Source: an uncultured Planctomycetaceae bacterium
GTDB taxonomy: Bacteria; Planctomycetota; Phycisphaerae; Sedimentisphaerales; UBA12454
Assembly (NCBI GenBank): GCA_964619675.1
Contig: CAZUEO010000005.1
Span: 15,162 to 79,161 of the forward strand
Direction of reading: 5' to 3'
Length of the DNA stretch: 64,000 bases
Shown here: positions 1 to 8,089 of the stretch, piece after piece
Layout: each line of letters starts with the position of its first letter
How positions within the stretch are numbered: position 1 is the stretch's first letter
Position numbers and translations under genes: made by a program
Notes under the pieces: generated by a model
Told to the model about the DNA's origin: nothing
The model's database searches: none
What the model saw: only the letters and a program-made list of their open reading frames with translations

Positions 1-716
1 CAGATGCCTTTAGAAGGGCGATTAAGAATATACCGGCGGCGGCAGGCGTTGAGGTTGCTATCGTAAAGACCAAGTACCCGCAGGGCGGCGAGAGGCAGCT
101 TATAAAATCGATACTTAACAGAGAGGTGCCGGCAGGCGGGATACCGCCGATGATAGGCGTGCTTGTTACGAACGTCGCCACGGCGGCGGCAATAGCACAA
201 GCAGTTGTGCTGGCCGGCCCCCTAACGCACCGGCCTGTTACAGTGTCGGGAAGCGGGATAAAACAGCCAGGTAATTTTTACGCTCCTGTCGGGATGGCAG
301 CAGGAGAGCTGATTGAACTTGCCGGCGGACTGACCAAGAAGGCGGCAAGGGTTGTGCTTGGCGGGCCGATGATGGGCTTTGCCATCGCTGACTTGTCGAC
401 GCCGATAACAAAAACGTCAGGTGCGATTGTTACCCTTACCGAGGAGGAAATAGGCAGAGCGAAAGTCAGCGGAAAAGAGACGCCGTGCATCCGCTGCGGC
501 AGATGTATCGCGGTTTGTCCGTCAAATATCAATCCGACAAAAATAGCTCACGCTGTCAAACGTAATATGCTTGATGTGGCTGAGCAGTATTATATGTCCG
601 TCTGTATCGAGTGCGGCGGCTGCAGTTATGTATGTCCTGCAAATATAGAGCTTGCAGGTTTTATAAAGACCGGGAAAATTCTTGTCGCGAGGCAGAAAAG
701 GCTTATGCCGAAATAA
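1..716 (+). CDS. rnfC: Rnf electron-transport complex subunit C, 5'-truncated by the window edge (the frame is open from base 3)
   Basis: Two 4Fe-4S ferredoxin motifs are present: CIRCGRCIAVCP and CIECGGCSYVCP. Frame 3 reads through from the window start (..VKTKYPQGGERQLIKS..). It is followed by rnfDGEAB. Confidence 0.9.
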   Translation, partial: DAFRRAIKNIPAAAGVEVAIVKTKYPQGGERQLIKSILNREVPAGGIPPMIGVLVTNVATAAAIAQAVVLAGPLTHRPVTVSGSGIKQPGNFYAPVGMAAGELIELAGGLTKKAARVVLGGPMMGFAIADLSTPITKTSGAIVTLTEEEIGRAKVSGKETPCIRCGRCIAVCPSNINPTKIAHAVKRNMLDVAEQYYMSVCIECGGCSYVCPANIELAGFIKTGKILVARQKRLMPK

Positions 717-734
717 ATCGCGAGAAAGCAATGG

Positions 735-1763
735 ATGTTAAGAAACATTAAAATATCGTCTTCGCCGCACATCAGCATTCATTTTCCGACGAGCCGGATA
801 ATGCTTAATGTGCTGCTCGGGCTTTTGCCGGCGTTTATTGCGGCGGTATGGTATTTCCGTACGAGGGCCGTGGTGCTTACGGTAGTTTGTGTCGCGGCCT
901 GCTGCCTGACGGAATGGCTGTGCAATATAATCGCCGGAAAAGCCAATTCGCTGGGTGATTTCAGCGCGGCGATAACGGGTGTCATACTGGCCTTTTCAGT
1001 TCCGCCTGCGCTGCCGGTCTGGGCAGCGATAATCGGCAGCGTCTTTGCAATAGCAATCGGCAAAATGGTCTTTGGCGGGCTTGGCGCAAATATATTTAAT
1101 CCCGCAATGGCTGGTCGCGCTTTTCTGACGGCCTCGTTCGGGGTTATGATGACTACCTGGACGGTGCCTGCGACGATAGACAAAAATATGCCCCAGATTT
1201 CGGTTGCAAATACTTCTGCCATAACGCAGGCAACACCTCTTGCGTGGAGCAAAGAGGCGATAAAAAGCAAGGATGCCCAAGGCAGTGCAAAAGTGGATGC
1301 GTCAACAGCAAATAATATGCTCAGGGATTTATTCTTCGGTCAAAGGGGCGGCTGTCTGGGTGAGACAAGCTCGCTTGCGTTGATAATCGGCGGGATATAC
1401 CTGCTGCTGACAGGGGTTATCAGTTTTCATATTCCTTTGGCAGTGCTGAGCTCTGCGGTTATAGTCTCGTCGATAGGTTATTTTACGGACAGCACTGCAT
1501 ATGCCTCTCCGTTTTTCCATCTGATGAGCGGCGGTATGCTGCTCGGGGCTTTTTTCATTGCCACAGACCCCGTTACGTCGCCGCTGACGAAAAAAGGAAT
1601 GTGGATATTCGGAATAGGCGTAGGAGGCCTGACAATGCTTATACGAATGGTCGGCGAATATCCCGAAGGTATGATGTTTTCTATTCTGCTGATGAATTCC
1701 GTTACGCCGCTGATAGACAGATTATGTAAAATTACGCCGGCAGGAGGCATGCCCAATGTTTAA
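735..1763 (+). CDS. rnfD: Rnf complex subunit D (NqrB/RnfD family membrane protein)
   Basis: It has an SSPH N-terminus, FNPAMAGRAF, and ATDPVTSP (the FMN-attachment Thr region). The protein is polytopic and sits in the operon context. Confidence 0.92.
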   Translation: MLRNIKISSSPHISIHFPTSRIMLNVLLGLLPAFIAAVWYFRTRAVVLTVVCVAACCLTEWLCNIIAGKANSLGDFSAAITGVILAFSVPPALPVWAAIIGSVFAIAIGKMVFGGLGANIFNPAMAGRAFLTASFGVMMTTWTVPATIDKNMPQISVANTSAITQATPLAWSKEAIKSKDAQGSAKVDASTANNMLRDLFFGQRGGCLGETSSLALIIGGIYLLLTGVISFHIPLAVLSSAVIVSSIGYFTDSTAYASPFFHLMSGGMLLGAFFIATDPVTSPLTKKGMWIFGIGVGGLTMLIRMVGEYPEGMMFSILLMNSVTPLIDRLCKITPAGGMPNV

Positions 1764-2370
1764 AGCAATAAGGCATTATGTTCAGCAGAGCTGGCTGCTG
1801 CTTGTCTCGGCCTTTGTTTTTGGTCTGCTGCTTGCGCTGGCCAATACCGCGTGGTCGCCGAGAGTCCAGCAAAATAAAAAGGATAAGCTCAACGGACTTA
1901 TGAAATCTCTCATAACCGATGCGAACAGGTTCGAGATTGTCTGTGAAGATGTGCAGGTGGATATTGGCAGGGGCAAAATCGTAAAGACGGATGTCTATAA
2001 AGCCGTTGGCGCTGACGGCAATGATGCGGGCTTCTGTTTCAGGGCGGAAGGGATGGGTTTTGCCGACAAGATTGAGCTTGTCATCGGTGTCGATGCGGCA
2101 TTTGAAAGAATAGCAGGTTACAGCGTTCTTGCCAGCAACGAGACCCCCGGCTTCGGTGACCGGATTAAGGGGGATTATTTCCGCAGGCAGTTTGCGGGCG
2201 CGCCGGTAATGAAACTTGGTTTATCAAAGAGCGGAGACGCCTGCAAAATTGATAATGAAGTTATAGCTATCAGTGGTGCGACGGTATCCAGCACCGCTGT
2301 CGTCAATGTTTTTAACAATTATCTTGAGCAGGTAAAAGAGCGGCTTAAACAGAAAGGACTTGTCAGGTAA
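1756..2370 (+). CDS. rnfG: Rnf complex subunit G (FMN-binding)
   Basis: It has an N-terminal TM helix and the FMN_bind motif ISGATVSS. An AGGAGG RBS precedes it, and it overlaps the rnfD stop. Confidence 0.88.
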   Translation: MFKAIRHYVQQSWLLLVSAFVFGLLLALANTAWSPRVQQNKKDKLNGLMKSLITDANRFEIVCEDVQVDIGRGKIVKTDVYKAVGADGNDAGFCFRAEGMGFADKIELVIGVDAAFERIAGYSVLASNETPGFGDRIKGDYFRRQFAGAPVMKLGLSKSGDACKIDNEVIAISGATVSSTAVVNVFNNYLEQVKERLKQKGLVR

Positions 2371-2981
2371 TGGCAGACAGGACAATGACGGCTTTGGATG
2401 CGGTGAAGGGCGGTTTGTGGACCGAGCTGCCGGTTCTGCGTCTGCTTCTCGGCATGTGTCCTACGCTTGCTGTTACGACTGCGGTAAAGCCTGCCCTGAC
2501 TATGGGACTGAGCGTTTTGTTTGTTCTTTTCTGCAGTAATATCGTCGTTAGTTTTATGCGGAAGCTTCTAAAGCCGCATCTGAGAATCCTGATGTTTACG
2601 CTGACGATTGCGACGTTTGTTACGATTGCGGATTTGTTTTTGCGGGCCTTTGTTCCGCGGATGAGTGAAATGCTCGGCCCTTACGTTCCGCTGATTATCG
2701 TCAACTGCATAATTATCGCCCGAGCCGAGGCCTGCGCAAGCAAAAACGGCATTTTCGTAAGCGCCGTCGATGCGATAAGCATGGGCATAGGTTTCACTGT
2801 CGTGCTTTGCATTCTCGCTGCCGTTCGGGAAATGCTGGCCGTGGGAACTGTTTGGGATATTCCCGTTTTATGGAAAGGTTTTGTGCCCTGGGCGGCGATG
2901 AGAATGCCCGTCGGGGCGTTTATTACGCTGGGGCTTATGATAGGACTTGTTAATTTTATGACGAAAACTAAGGCAAATTAA
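2370..2981 (+). CDS. rnfE: Rnf complex subunit E
   Basis: This is a polytopic RnfA/RnfE-family protein. Its start overlaps the upstream stop (TAATG), and its operon position fits. Confidence 0.88.
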   Translation: MADRTMTALDAVKGGLWTELPVLRLLLGMCPTLAVTTAVKPALTMGLSVLFVLFCSNIVVSFMRKLLKPHLRILMFTLTIATFVTIADLFLRAFVPRMSEMLGPYVPLIIVNCIIIARAEACASKNGIFVSAVDAISMGIGFTVVLCILAAVREMLAVGTVWDIPVLWKGFVPWAAMRMPVGAFITLGLMIGLVNFMTKTKAN

Positions 2982-3008
2982 GAATTAAAAATCCTGAAGG
3001 ATTCTGCA

Positions 3009-3599
3009 ATGGATACTTTTTATGTTTTATTAATGGCGTTTGTTTCGATTGTTGTGGTCAACAATCTTGTCTTTTCAAAATTTCTCGGCATCTGTCCTTA
3101 TCTGGGCGTCTCCGGCAGGATAGATATGGCTTTCGGTATGGGCATGGCGGTAACGTTTGTTATCACCCTTGCGGGCATTATGACATGGCTTATCGACCAT
3201 ATGATACTGATGCCTTACGGGCTGGAGATTACCCGGTATGTTTGTTTCATACTCGTAATAGCCGGCGCCGTGCAGCTTGTCGAGATGTACCTGCGGAAAT
3301 TTTTCCCGCCGTTGTATGAAAGCTTCGGCATATTTCTGCCGCTAATCACCACCAACTGCGCTATTTTAGGGCTTTGCCTGTTTCTTTATGTTTGGGGCAT
3401 TGATAATTTTGTTCAGGCCGCGGTGCTGAGCTTCGGCGCGGGAATTGGTTTTACGCTGGCGATATGCATAATGGCCGGCATCAGGGAGCAACTGAGATTT
3501 GCCGATGTGCCCAAATGTCTTGACGGGCCCCCGATTACTCTGATAACTGCCGGCCTGCTGGCGCTGGCGTTTATGGGCTTTGCAGGAATGATTAAATGA
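3009..3599 (+). CDS. rnfA: Rnf complex subunit A
   Basis: This is a polytopic RnfA/NqrE-family protein (FLPLITTNCAILG) in the expected operon position. Confidence 0.88.
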   Translation: MDTFYVLLMAFVSIVVVNNLVFSKFLGICPYLGVSGRIDMAFGMGMAVTFVITLAGIMTWLIDHMILMPYGLEITRYVCFILVIAGAVQLVEMYLRKFFPPLYESFGIFLPLITTNCAILGLCLFLYVWGIDNFVQAAVLSFGAGIGFTLAICIMAGIREQLRFADVPKCLDGPPITLITAGLLALAFMGFAGMIK

Positions 3600-4483
3600 T
3601 TTTAGCCGATATAATTTCACTTTGGAATTCTTCCTGGCCGGCAGGATTGATAATGCTGGTTTTGGGAGCGGGTTTCTCCATAGCACTTTTGATTGCCAGC
3701 AGGAAGCTGAAGGTCCAGATAGACCCGAGAATTGAGCGTATATATGGGGTTTTGCCGCGGATAGACTGCGGCGCGTGCGGTTTTGCAGGCTGTGCATCTT
3801 ATGCCAAAGCTGTTGCTGCCGACCCGCTGCTTATCGGCAAGTGTGCACCAGGCGGCAGTAGCTGTTCGGAAAAGATAGCGGAGATTCTCAGCCTGGCGGT
3901 CAGCGGCTCAAAGGTGCCTGTAAGGCCGATTGTTCATTGTCGTGCTCATACCGGCGACAGGACTTATCTGGCAAAGTACGGCGGCATACCAACCTGCACG
4001 AGCGCAAATGCACTTGCCAATGTGCAGGCCTGCAAGTTTGGCTGCCTTGGTTTTGGCGACTGCAAGGCGGCGTGTAAATTCGGCGCAATCGACATTATTG
4101 ATGGTCTTGCAACAATTAATTATGAAAAATGCACGGGCTGCACCGCCTGTTCGAAGGCCTGTCCCAGAGGACTTATCGAAATGGTGCCGTTCAGTTATGA
4201 GGCGATGATGACGGTTGCCTGTCGGAGCCGTGAAAACGCGAAGGATACCAAGGCTTTTTGTAAAGTCGGCTGTATCGCCTGCAGATTGTGCACAAAACAA
4301 AACGATGCCTTCAAAGTGACGGACAATCTTGCGAAGCTGGATTATGCAAAATATCAACAGGGTTCATCTTTTGAAACGGCGATGTTCAGGTGTCCTACCG
4401 GTGTTATTGTGTATCGCGGCAGAGGGGCGCCGCCTGACAGAGCCCCCACAGAAATATCGCAGCCTGCGGCACAAAAGACTTAA
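3596..4483 (+). CDS. rnfB: Rnf complex subunit B (polyferredoxin)
   Basis: It has an N-terminal TM helix, a CGACGFAGC cluster and several CxxCxxCxxxCP-type motifs. Its start overlaps the rnfA stop (ATGA). Confidence 0.88.
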   Translation: MILADIISLWNSSWPAGLIMLVLGAGFSIALLIASRKLKVQIDPRIERIYGVLPRIDCGACGFAGCASYAKAVAADPLLIGKCAPGGSSCSEKIAEILSLAVSGSKVPVRPIVHCRAHTGDRTYLAKYGGIPTCTSANALANVQACKFGCLGFGDCKAACKFGAIDIIDGLATINYEKCTGCTACSKACPRGLIEMVPFSYEAMMTVACRSRENAKDTKAFCKVGCIACRLCTKQNDAFKVTDNLAKLDYAKYQQGSSFETAMFRCPTGVIVYRGRGAPPDRAPTEISQPAAQKT

Positions 4484-4498
4484 ATTCAAAGCGGATGG

Positions 4499-5308
4499 TT
4501 ATGCACCGACGTGAGCCTTGAGATGGTGCTGTTTTTCATTGATTTTGCAGAGTTTGCACTTGCAGATGCCGACGCTTTTAAGATGGCTCGAACCTGTATA
4601 GTCCCGCGTTTCAACGAGAGAAGCGCCCTTTGCCTTCATTTTTCGGAAAGCGACGTCGGCCTTTCGCCTGTTGTGTGTGCCGACCGCGTCGGCGAAAATG
4701 GTTACCTTTTTGCCTCTCTGCAGAAGTCCCAGAACGGTTGCTGCCACGGCGCCTTCGGCCATGGCGCCGATAACGATAAATTCATCGGCTTTCAGCTCCG
4801 ACAGGAATCTTTCGGCGCGAGGCTCGTCAAATGGGTCATTACATCTTTTTTGCAGAATTATCTGGTCGTAATATACGAATATATCTCTTTGCAGGTCGGT
4901 GCAGCCATCGGCTGCGAGCACTACTCTCCTGTTGCGAAGCGTATATGATATTTTTCGCTGGCCGTTGGTGCCGATGACGCAGAACTCGTCGCCGTTTTTA
5001 CCGGCTTTGCACAGATTGGTTGAGACCACCCTGAGGTTTTTGGCTCTCGCCCAGGCCATAGCTCTTCTTATGTTCATAAGCACTCTGCGATGATTTCTGA
5101 TGCAGGCAGTGCCGCTGGCTATGAAAAAGTCCTTTTGTGTGTCAACATCTATCAAAACACGCCTTCGTCTTATTGTTATGGGCCTTATCATTTTCCCTGT
5201 TCCTAACCCCAAAAGCAGCTTTTTAGTTTCTACGCTATACGGTTCAAGAGGTTTCTCAAAATCTGTATCGAAATTTACCAGACTTGACTTGAGATTGTTT
5301 TGGGGCAC
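4499..5308 (-). CDS. Isochorismatase/cysteine-hydrolase-family protein; the start is uncertain (GTG at 5308 or ATG at about 5191)
   Basis: VLIDVDTQKDFF matches the family's D-containing strand 1, and ILQKRCNDPF matches the K region. The IVIGAMAEGAVAATV region aligns by eye to the nucleophile strand. Confidence 0.6.
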   Translation of the reverse strand: MPQNNLKSSLVNFDTDFEKPLEPYSVETKKLLLGLGTGKMIRPITIRRRRVLIDVDTQKDFFIASGTACIRNHRRVLMNIRRAMAWARAKNLRVVSTNLCKAGKNGDEFCVIGTNGQRKISYTLRNRRVVLAADGCTDLQRDIFVYYDQIILQKRCNDPFDEPRAERFLSELKADEFIVIGAMAEGAVAATVLGLLQRGKKVTIFADAVGTHNRRKADVAFRKMKAKGASLVETRDYTGSSHLKSVGICKCKLCKINEKQHHLKAHVGA

Positions 5309-5342
5309 AATAAGGCAGGCAGGAATAAAAAGGCTTTTTATA

Positions 5343-5975
5343 ATGGCAAAAAGGCAGTTGAAAGAGTATCCGGGTGTTGCATTGCGGCCTGAGGATATCG
5401 ACGGGAAAGTGAGTTTTTCTGACGTTTTCGGACGTAATAATCCGGTACATATTGAGATAGGCTCGGGCAGAGGTACTTTCCTGGTGAATCAGGCAAAAGT
5501 ATTTGAGAAGATAGATTTTCTCGGCATTGAGTGGGCAAGCAAATATTATAAATATGCGGTGGACAGAATTGGCAGACAGAGGATAGGAAATGTGCGGATA
5601 ATACGCACCGAGGCGGCATCTTTTATCGCTAACTCAATAAACAGCAGCACTGTCGAATGTTTTCATATCTATTTTCCCGACCCCTGGCCGAAGAAACGGC
5701 ATCATAAAAGGCGTTTTATCTGCGCAGAAAATGTCGCACAAATGACTCGCTGTCTCAAGAAAGGCGGCCTGATTAATATCACGACGGACTATGCTGAGTA
5801 TTTTGAGCAGATGCAGAATGTTTTTGAAGGATTTGCGGAAAAATTAAAGCCCATCAAATTTGTCAGGCCTGCCGGTGCTGAAGGCGATGAACTTGTCGGC
5901 ACAAACTACGAAAGAAAGTATCTTAAAGAGAAAAGGAATATTTTTACACTCGCGTTTAGGAAACTGTCCAAATGA
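5343..5975 (+). CDS. trmB: tRNA (guanine46-N7)-methyltransferase
   Basis: Motifs IEIGSGRGTF, FLGIEW and HIYFPDPWPKKRHHKRR are present. I chose the internal ATG at 5343 because the upstream 81 codons of the tracked ORF are antisense to the neighbouring gene. Confidence 0.88.
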   Translation: MAKRQLKEYPGVALRPEDIDGKVSFSDVFGRNNPVHIEIGSGRGTFLVNQAKVFEKIDFLGIEWASKYYKYAVDRIGRQRIGNVRIIRTEAASFIANSINSSTVECFHIYFPDPWPKKRHHKRRFICAENVAQMTRCLKKGGLINITTDYAEYFEQMQNVFEGFAEKLKPIKFVRPAGAEGDELVGTNYERKYLKEKRNIFTLAFRKLSK

Positions 5976-7315
5976 ACAACCAAAAGACGCTGACGGTGGG
6001 TTTTGTTGCATTAGGCTGTCCGAAAAATGTTGTCGATTCGGAACGAATGCTTGCGCTGATTGCTCAGGCAGGTTTTGTAATTGACTATGACGCCGACAAC
6101 GCCGATGTTGTGGTAATTAATACCTGTGGATTTATAAAACCTGCAATTGACGAGGCGGCAGAGGCGATAAACCGCGCCCTTGGGCGCAAGCGCAAGGGGA
6201 AAATAAAAAAAATCGTCATTGCAGGATGCCTGCCGGAGAGAATGAAGGAAACATTTCTGAAAAGATTCCCCGATGTCGATGCTGTCGTATGCTTGGGACA
6301 AAGAGATAATATAGCGGGCATAATTGAAAATCTTTTCAGTCGGTCCGGCGCAAAATTTTATGACAGTCCCGCCGACTGGACGCATAAAGTGCAAAAAGAT
6401 GCCGACAGACTCCTGATAAATCCTTCACACTGGGCGTATCTTCGAATAAGTGAAGGCTGCGATGTGAATTGTTCCTTCTGCACAATCCCGGCAATAAAGG
6501 GCCCCTTCAGAAGCAAGCCGCTGGAGGATATTATCGCAGAGGCCAATCAGCTTGCCGATGCAGGTGCTCTCGAACTGTCGGTTATTGCTCAGGACACCGC
6601 AAACTACGGCAGGGACCTCGGCCAGAAAGATGGTTTGCTGAAAGTTATCGGCGAGCTTGAAAAAATCGAGAAGCTCAGGTGGCTGCGGCTTATGTATCTT
6701 AATCCTGCCGGCATTACAGATAGTCTCATTGAGACAATCGCACAAAGTAAAAAGGTTGTGCATTATGTTGATGTGCCGATACAGCATATCAGCGACCAGG
6801 TTTTAAGAAATATGCACAGGCCTGGCACAAGGCAGAAGATTACAGAACTTATTGAAAAGCTGCATAAAAACATTCCTGATATTGTGCTGCGAACAACGGT
6901 GATTGTCGGTTTTCCCGGTGAGACTGAAGGGCAATTTGAAGAGCTTGTTGATTTTGTAAAGCAGATGCGTTTCGATGCGCTTGGTTGTTTTATCTTCTGG
7001 CCTGAAGAAGGCACAAAGGCGGCTCAGTTGGCTGGCCGGATTCCGCATGACATCAGGGAGCAAAGAAGACGACAGCTTATGCTTGTCCAGCAGGAAATAG
7101 CCTTTGAGAAAAACAGGTCTCGCAAGGGTGAGGTTATTGACTGCCTGGTTGATGAAAATCGTCCGGCAGGAGCGGCTGTAGGCAGGTTCTACGGGCAGGC
7201 GCCGCATATCGACAGCGTTTGCTTTATAGAGGGCTGTGATGATAAGGCGGGCAATTTTGTAAAAGCAAAAATTACCAGCTTTAAAGAATATGACCTGCTT
7301 GCTAAAAGGTGTTGA
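5972..7315 (+). CDS. rimO: Ribosomal protein S12 methylthiotransferase (MTTase family, radical SAM plus TRAM)
   Basis: The N-terminus VGFVALGCPKNVVDSE is RimO-like. The radical-SAM motif is EGCDVNCSFCTIP, and a C-terminal TRAM-like domain follows. Confidence 0.82.
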   Translation: MNNQKTLTVGFVALGCPKNVVDSERMLALIAQAGFVIDYDADNADVVVINTCGFIKPAIDEAAEAINRALGRKRKGKIKKIVIAGCLPERMKETFLKRFPDVDAVVCLGQRDNIAGIIENLFSRSGAKFYDSPADWTHKVQKDADRLLINPSHWAYLRISEGCDVNCSFCTIPAIKGPFRSKPLEDIIAEANQLADAGALELSVIAQDTANYGRDLGQKDGLLKVIGELEKIEKLRWLRLMYLNPAGITDSLIETIAQSKKVVHYVDVPIQHISDQVLRNMHRPGTRQKITELIEKLHKNIPDIVLRTTVIVGFPGETEGQFEELVDFVKQMRFDALGCFIFWPEEGTKAAQLAGRIPHDIREQRRRQLMLVQQEIAFEKNRSRKGEVIDCLVDENRPAGAAVGRFYGQAPHIDSVCFIEGCDDKAGNFVKAKITSFKEYDLLAKRC

Positions 7316-7347
7316 TTTTTCCTTCTACATTCTATATTCTACATTCT

Positions 7348-7962
7348 ATGGTAAGGCAGATACCGAACATCCTGACAGGCAGCAGATTAGTTCTGGCGGT
7401 GGTTTTTCTCGCGATGATTTTCTTCGAGCCGACACTGTCTGCCGACAGGGATATGTCTTTCCCGGGTTATCTTGACCTTGCGTTTGTAATTTTTGTCATC
7501 GCGGGCTTGACTGATATGTTTGACGGTCCGGTCGCCAGAAAATTAAATGTTGCAAGCAAATTCGGCAGGATGGTTGACCCGCTTGCGGATAAAATTCTCA
7601 TCTGCGGCTCGTTTGTCGTGTTTGCTCTTATTGGTCAGCCAAGATTGTTTAACCTTTCCAGCGCCCGGCTCGCTGTAATTCAATGGGGCTTTGCAGGGAT
7701 AATCATTGCAAGAGAAGCTTTTGTAACGGTCCTGCGGCATTACAGCGAGGCGAAGGGAATAAAATTCCCCGCGACAGTTTCAGGTAAATTAAAAATGTTT
7801 GTCCAGGCCTTTGCTGTCGGTACGATAGTTGTAAAGATGGCTCACGTCCAGACCGCTCAGTGGGGATATTGGTTTACGACGGTTACTTACGGCATCACGA
7901 TTTTAATTACCGTCATTAGCGGCTTTTTGAGCATAAGAAAGATAAAGCCGCCCCCGTTTTGA
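7348..7962 (+). CDS. pgsA: CDP-alcohol phosphatidyltransferase (phosphatidylglycerophosphate synthase-like)
   Basis: The motif DMFDGPVARK..G..VDPLADK matches D-x2-D-G-x2-A-R...G-x3-D-x3-D. The protein is polytopic, and the ATG at 7348 is preferred. Confidence 0.8.
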   Translation: MVRQIPNILTGSRLVLAVVFLAMIFFEPTLSADRDMSFPGYLDLAFVIFVIAGLTDMFDGPVARKLNVASKFGRMVDPLADKILICGSFVVFALIGQPRLFNLSSARLAVIQWGFAGIIIAREAFVTVLRHYSEAKGIKFPATVSGKLKMFVQAFAVGTIVVKMAHVQTAQWGYWFTTVTYGITILITVISGFLSIRKIKPPPF

Positions 7963-7975
7963 GGCCGTTTAATCG

Positions 7976-8004
7976 TTGACAGTTTCTCGGCATATCCTTA
8001 TACT
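7976..8004 (+). promoter_or_regulatory. Sigma70-like promoter candidate for ppdK
   Basis: TTGACA (7976-7981), a 17-nt spacer and TATACT (7999-8004) lie about 85 nt upstream of the ppdK ATG. Confidence 0.5.
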
Positions 8005-8089
8005 TATGCACCTCATTTTTGTTTTCAAATGGCGGTTTTTAATTTAACAGCCCGACGGCTTACTTATTTGTTTAAGGAGACTTACAGAG

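Noticed and set aside
5100-5342. N-terminal 81-codon extension of the trmB ORF
   Set aside because: The extension is antisense to the isochorismatase-family gene and is hydrophobic junk. The canonical TrmB sequence begins at the ATG at 5343.
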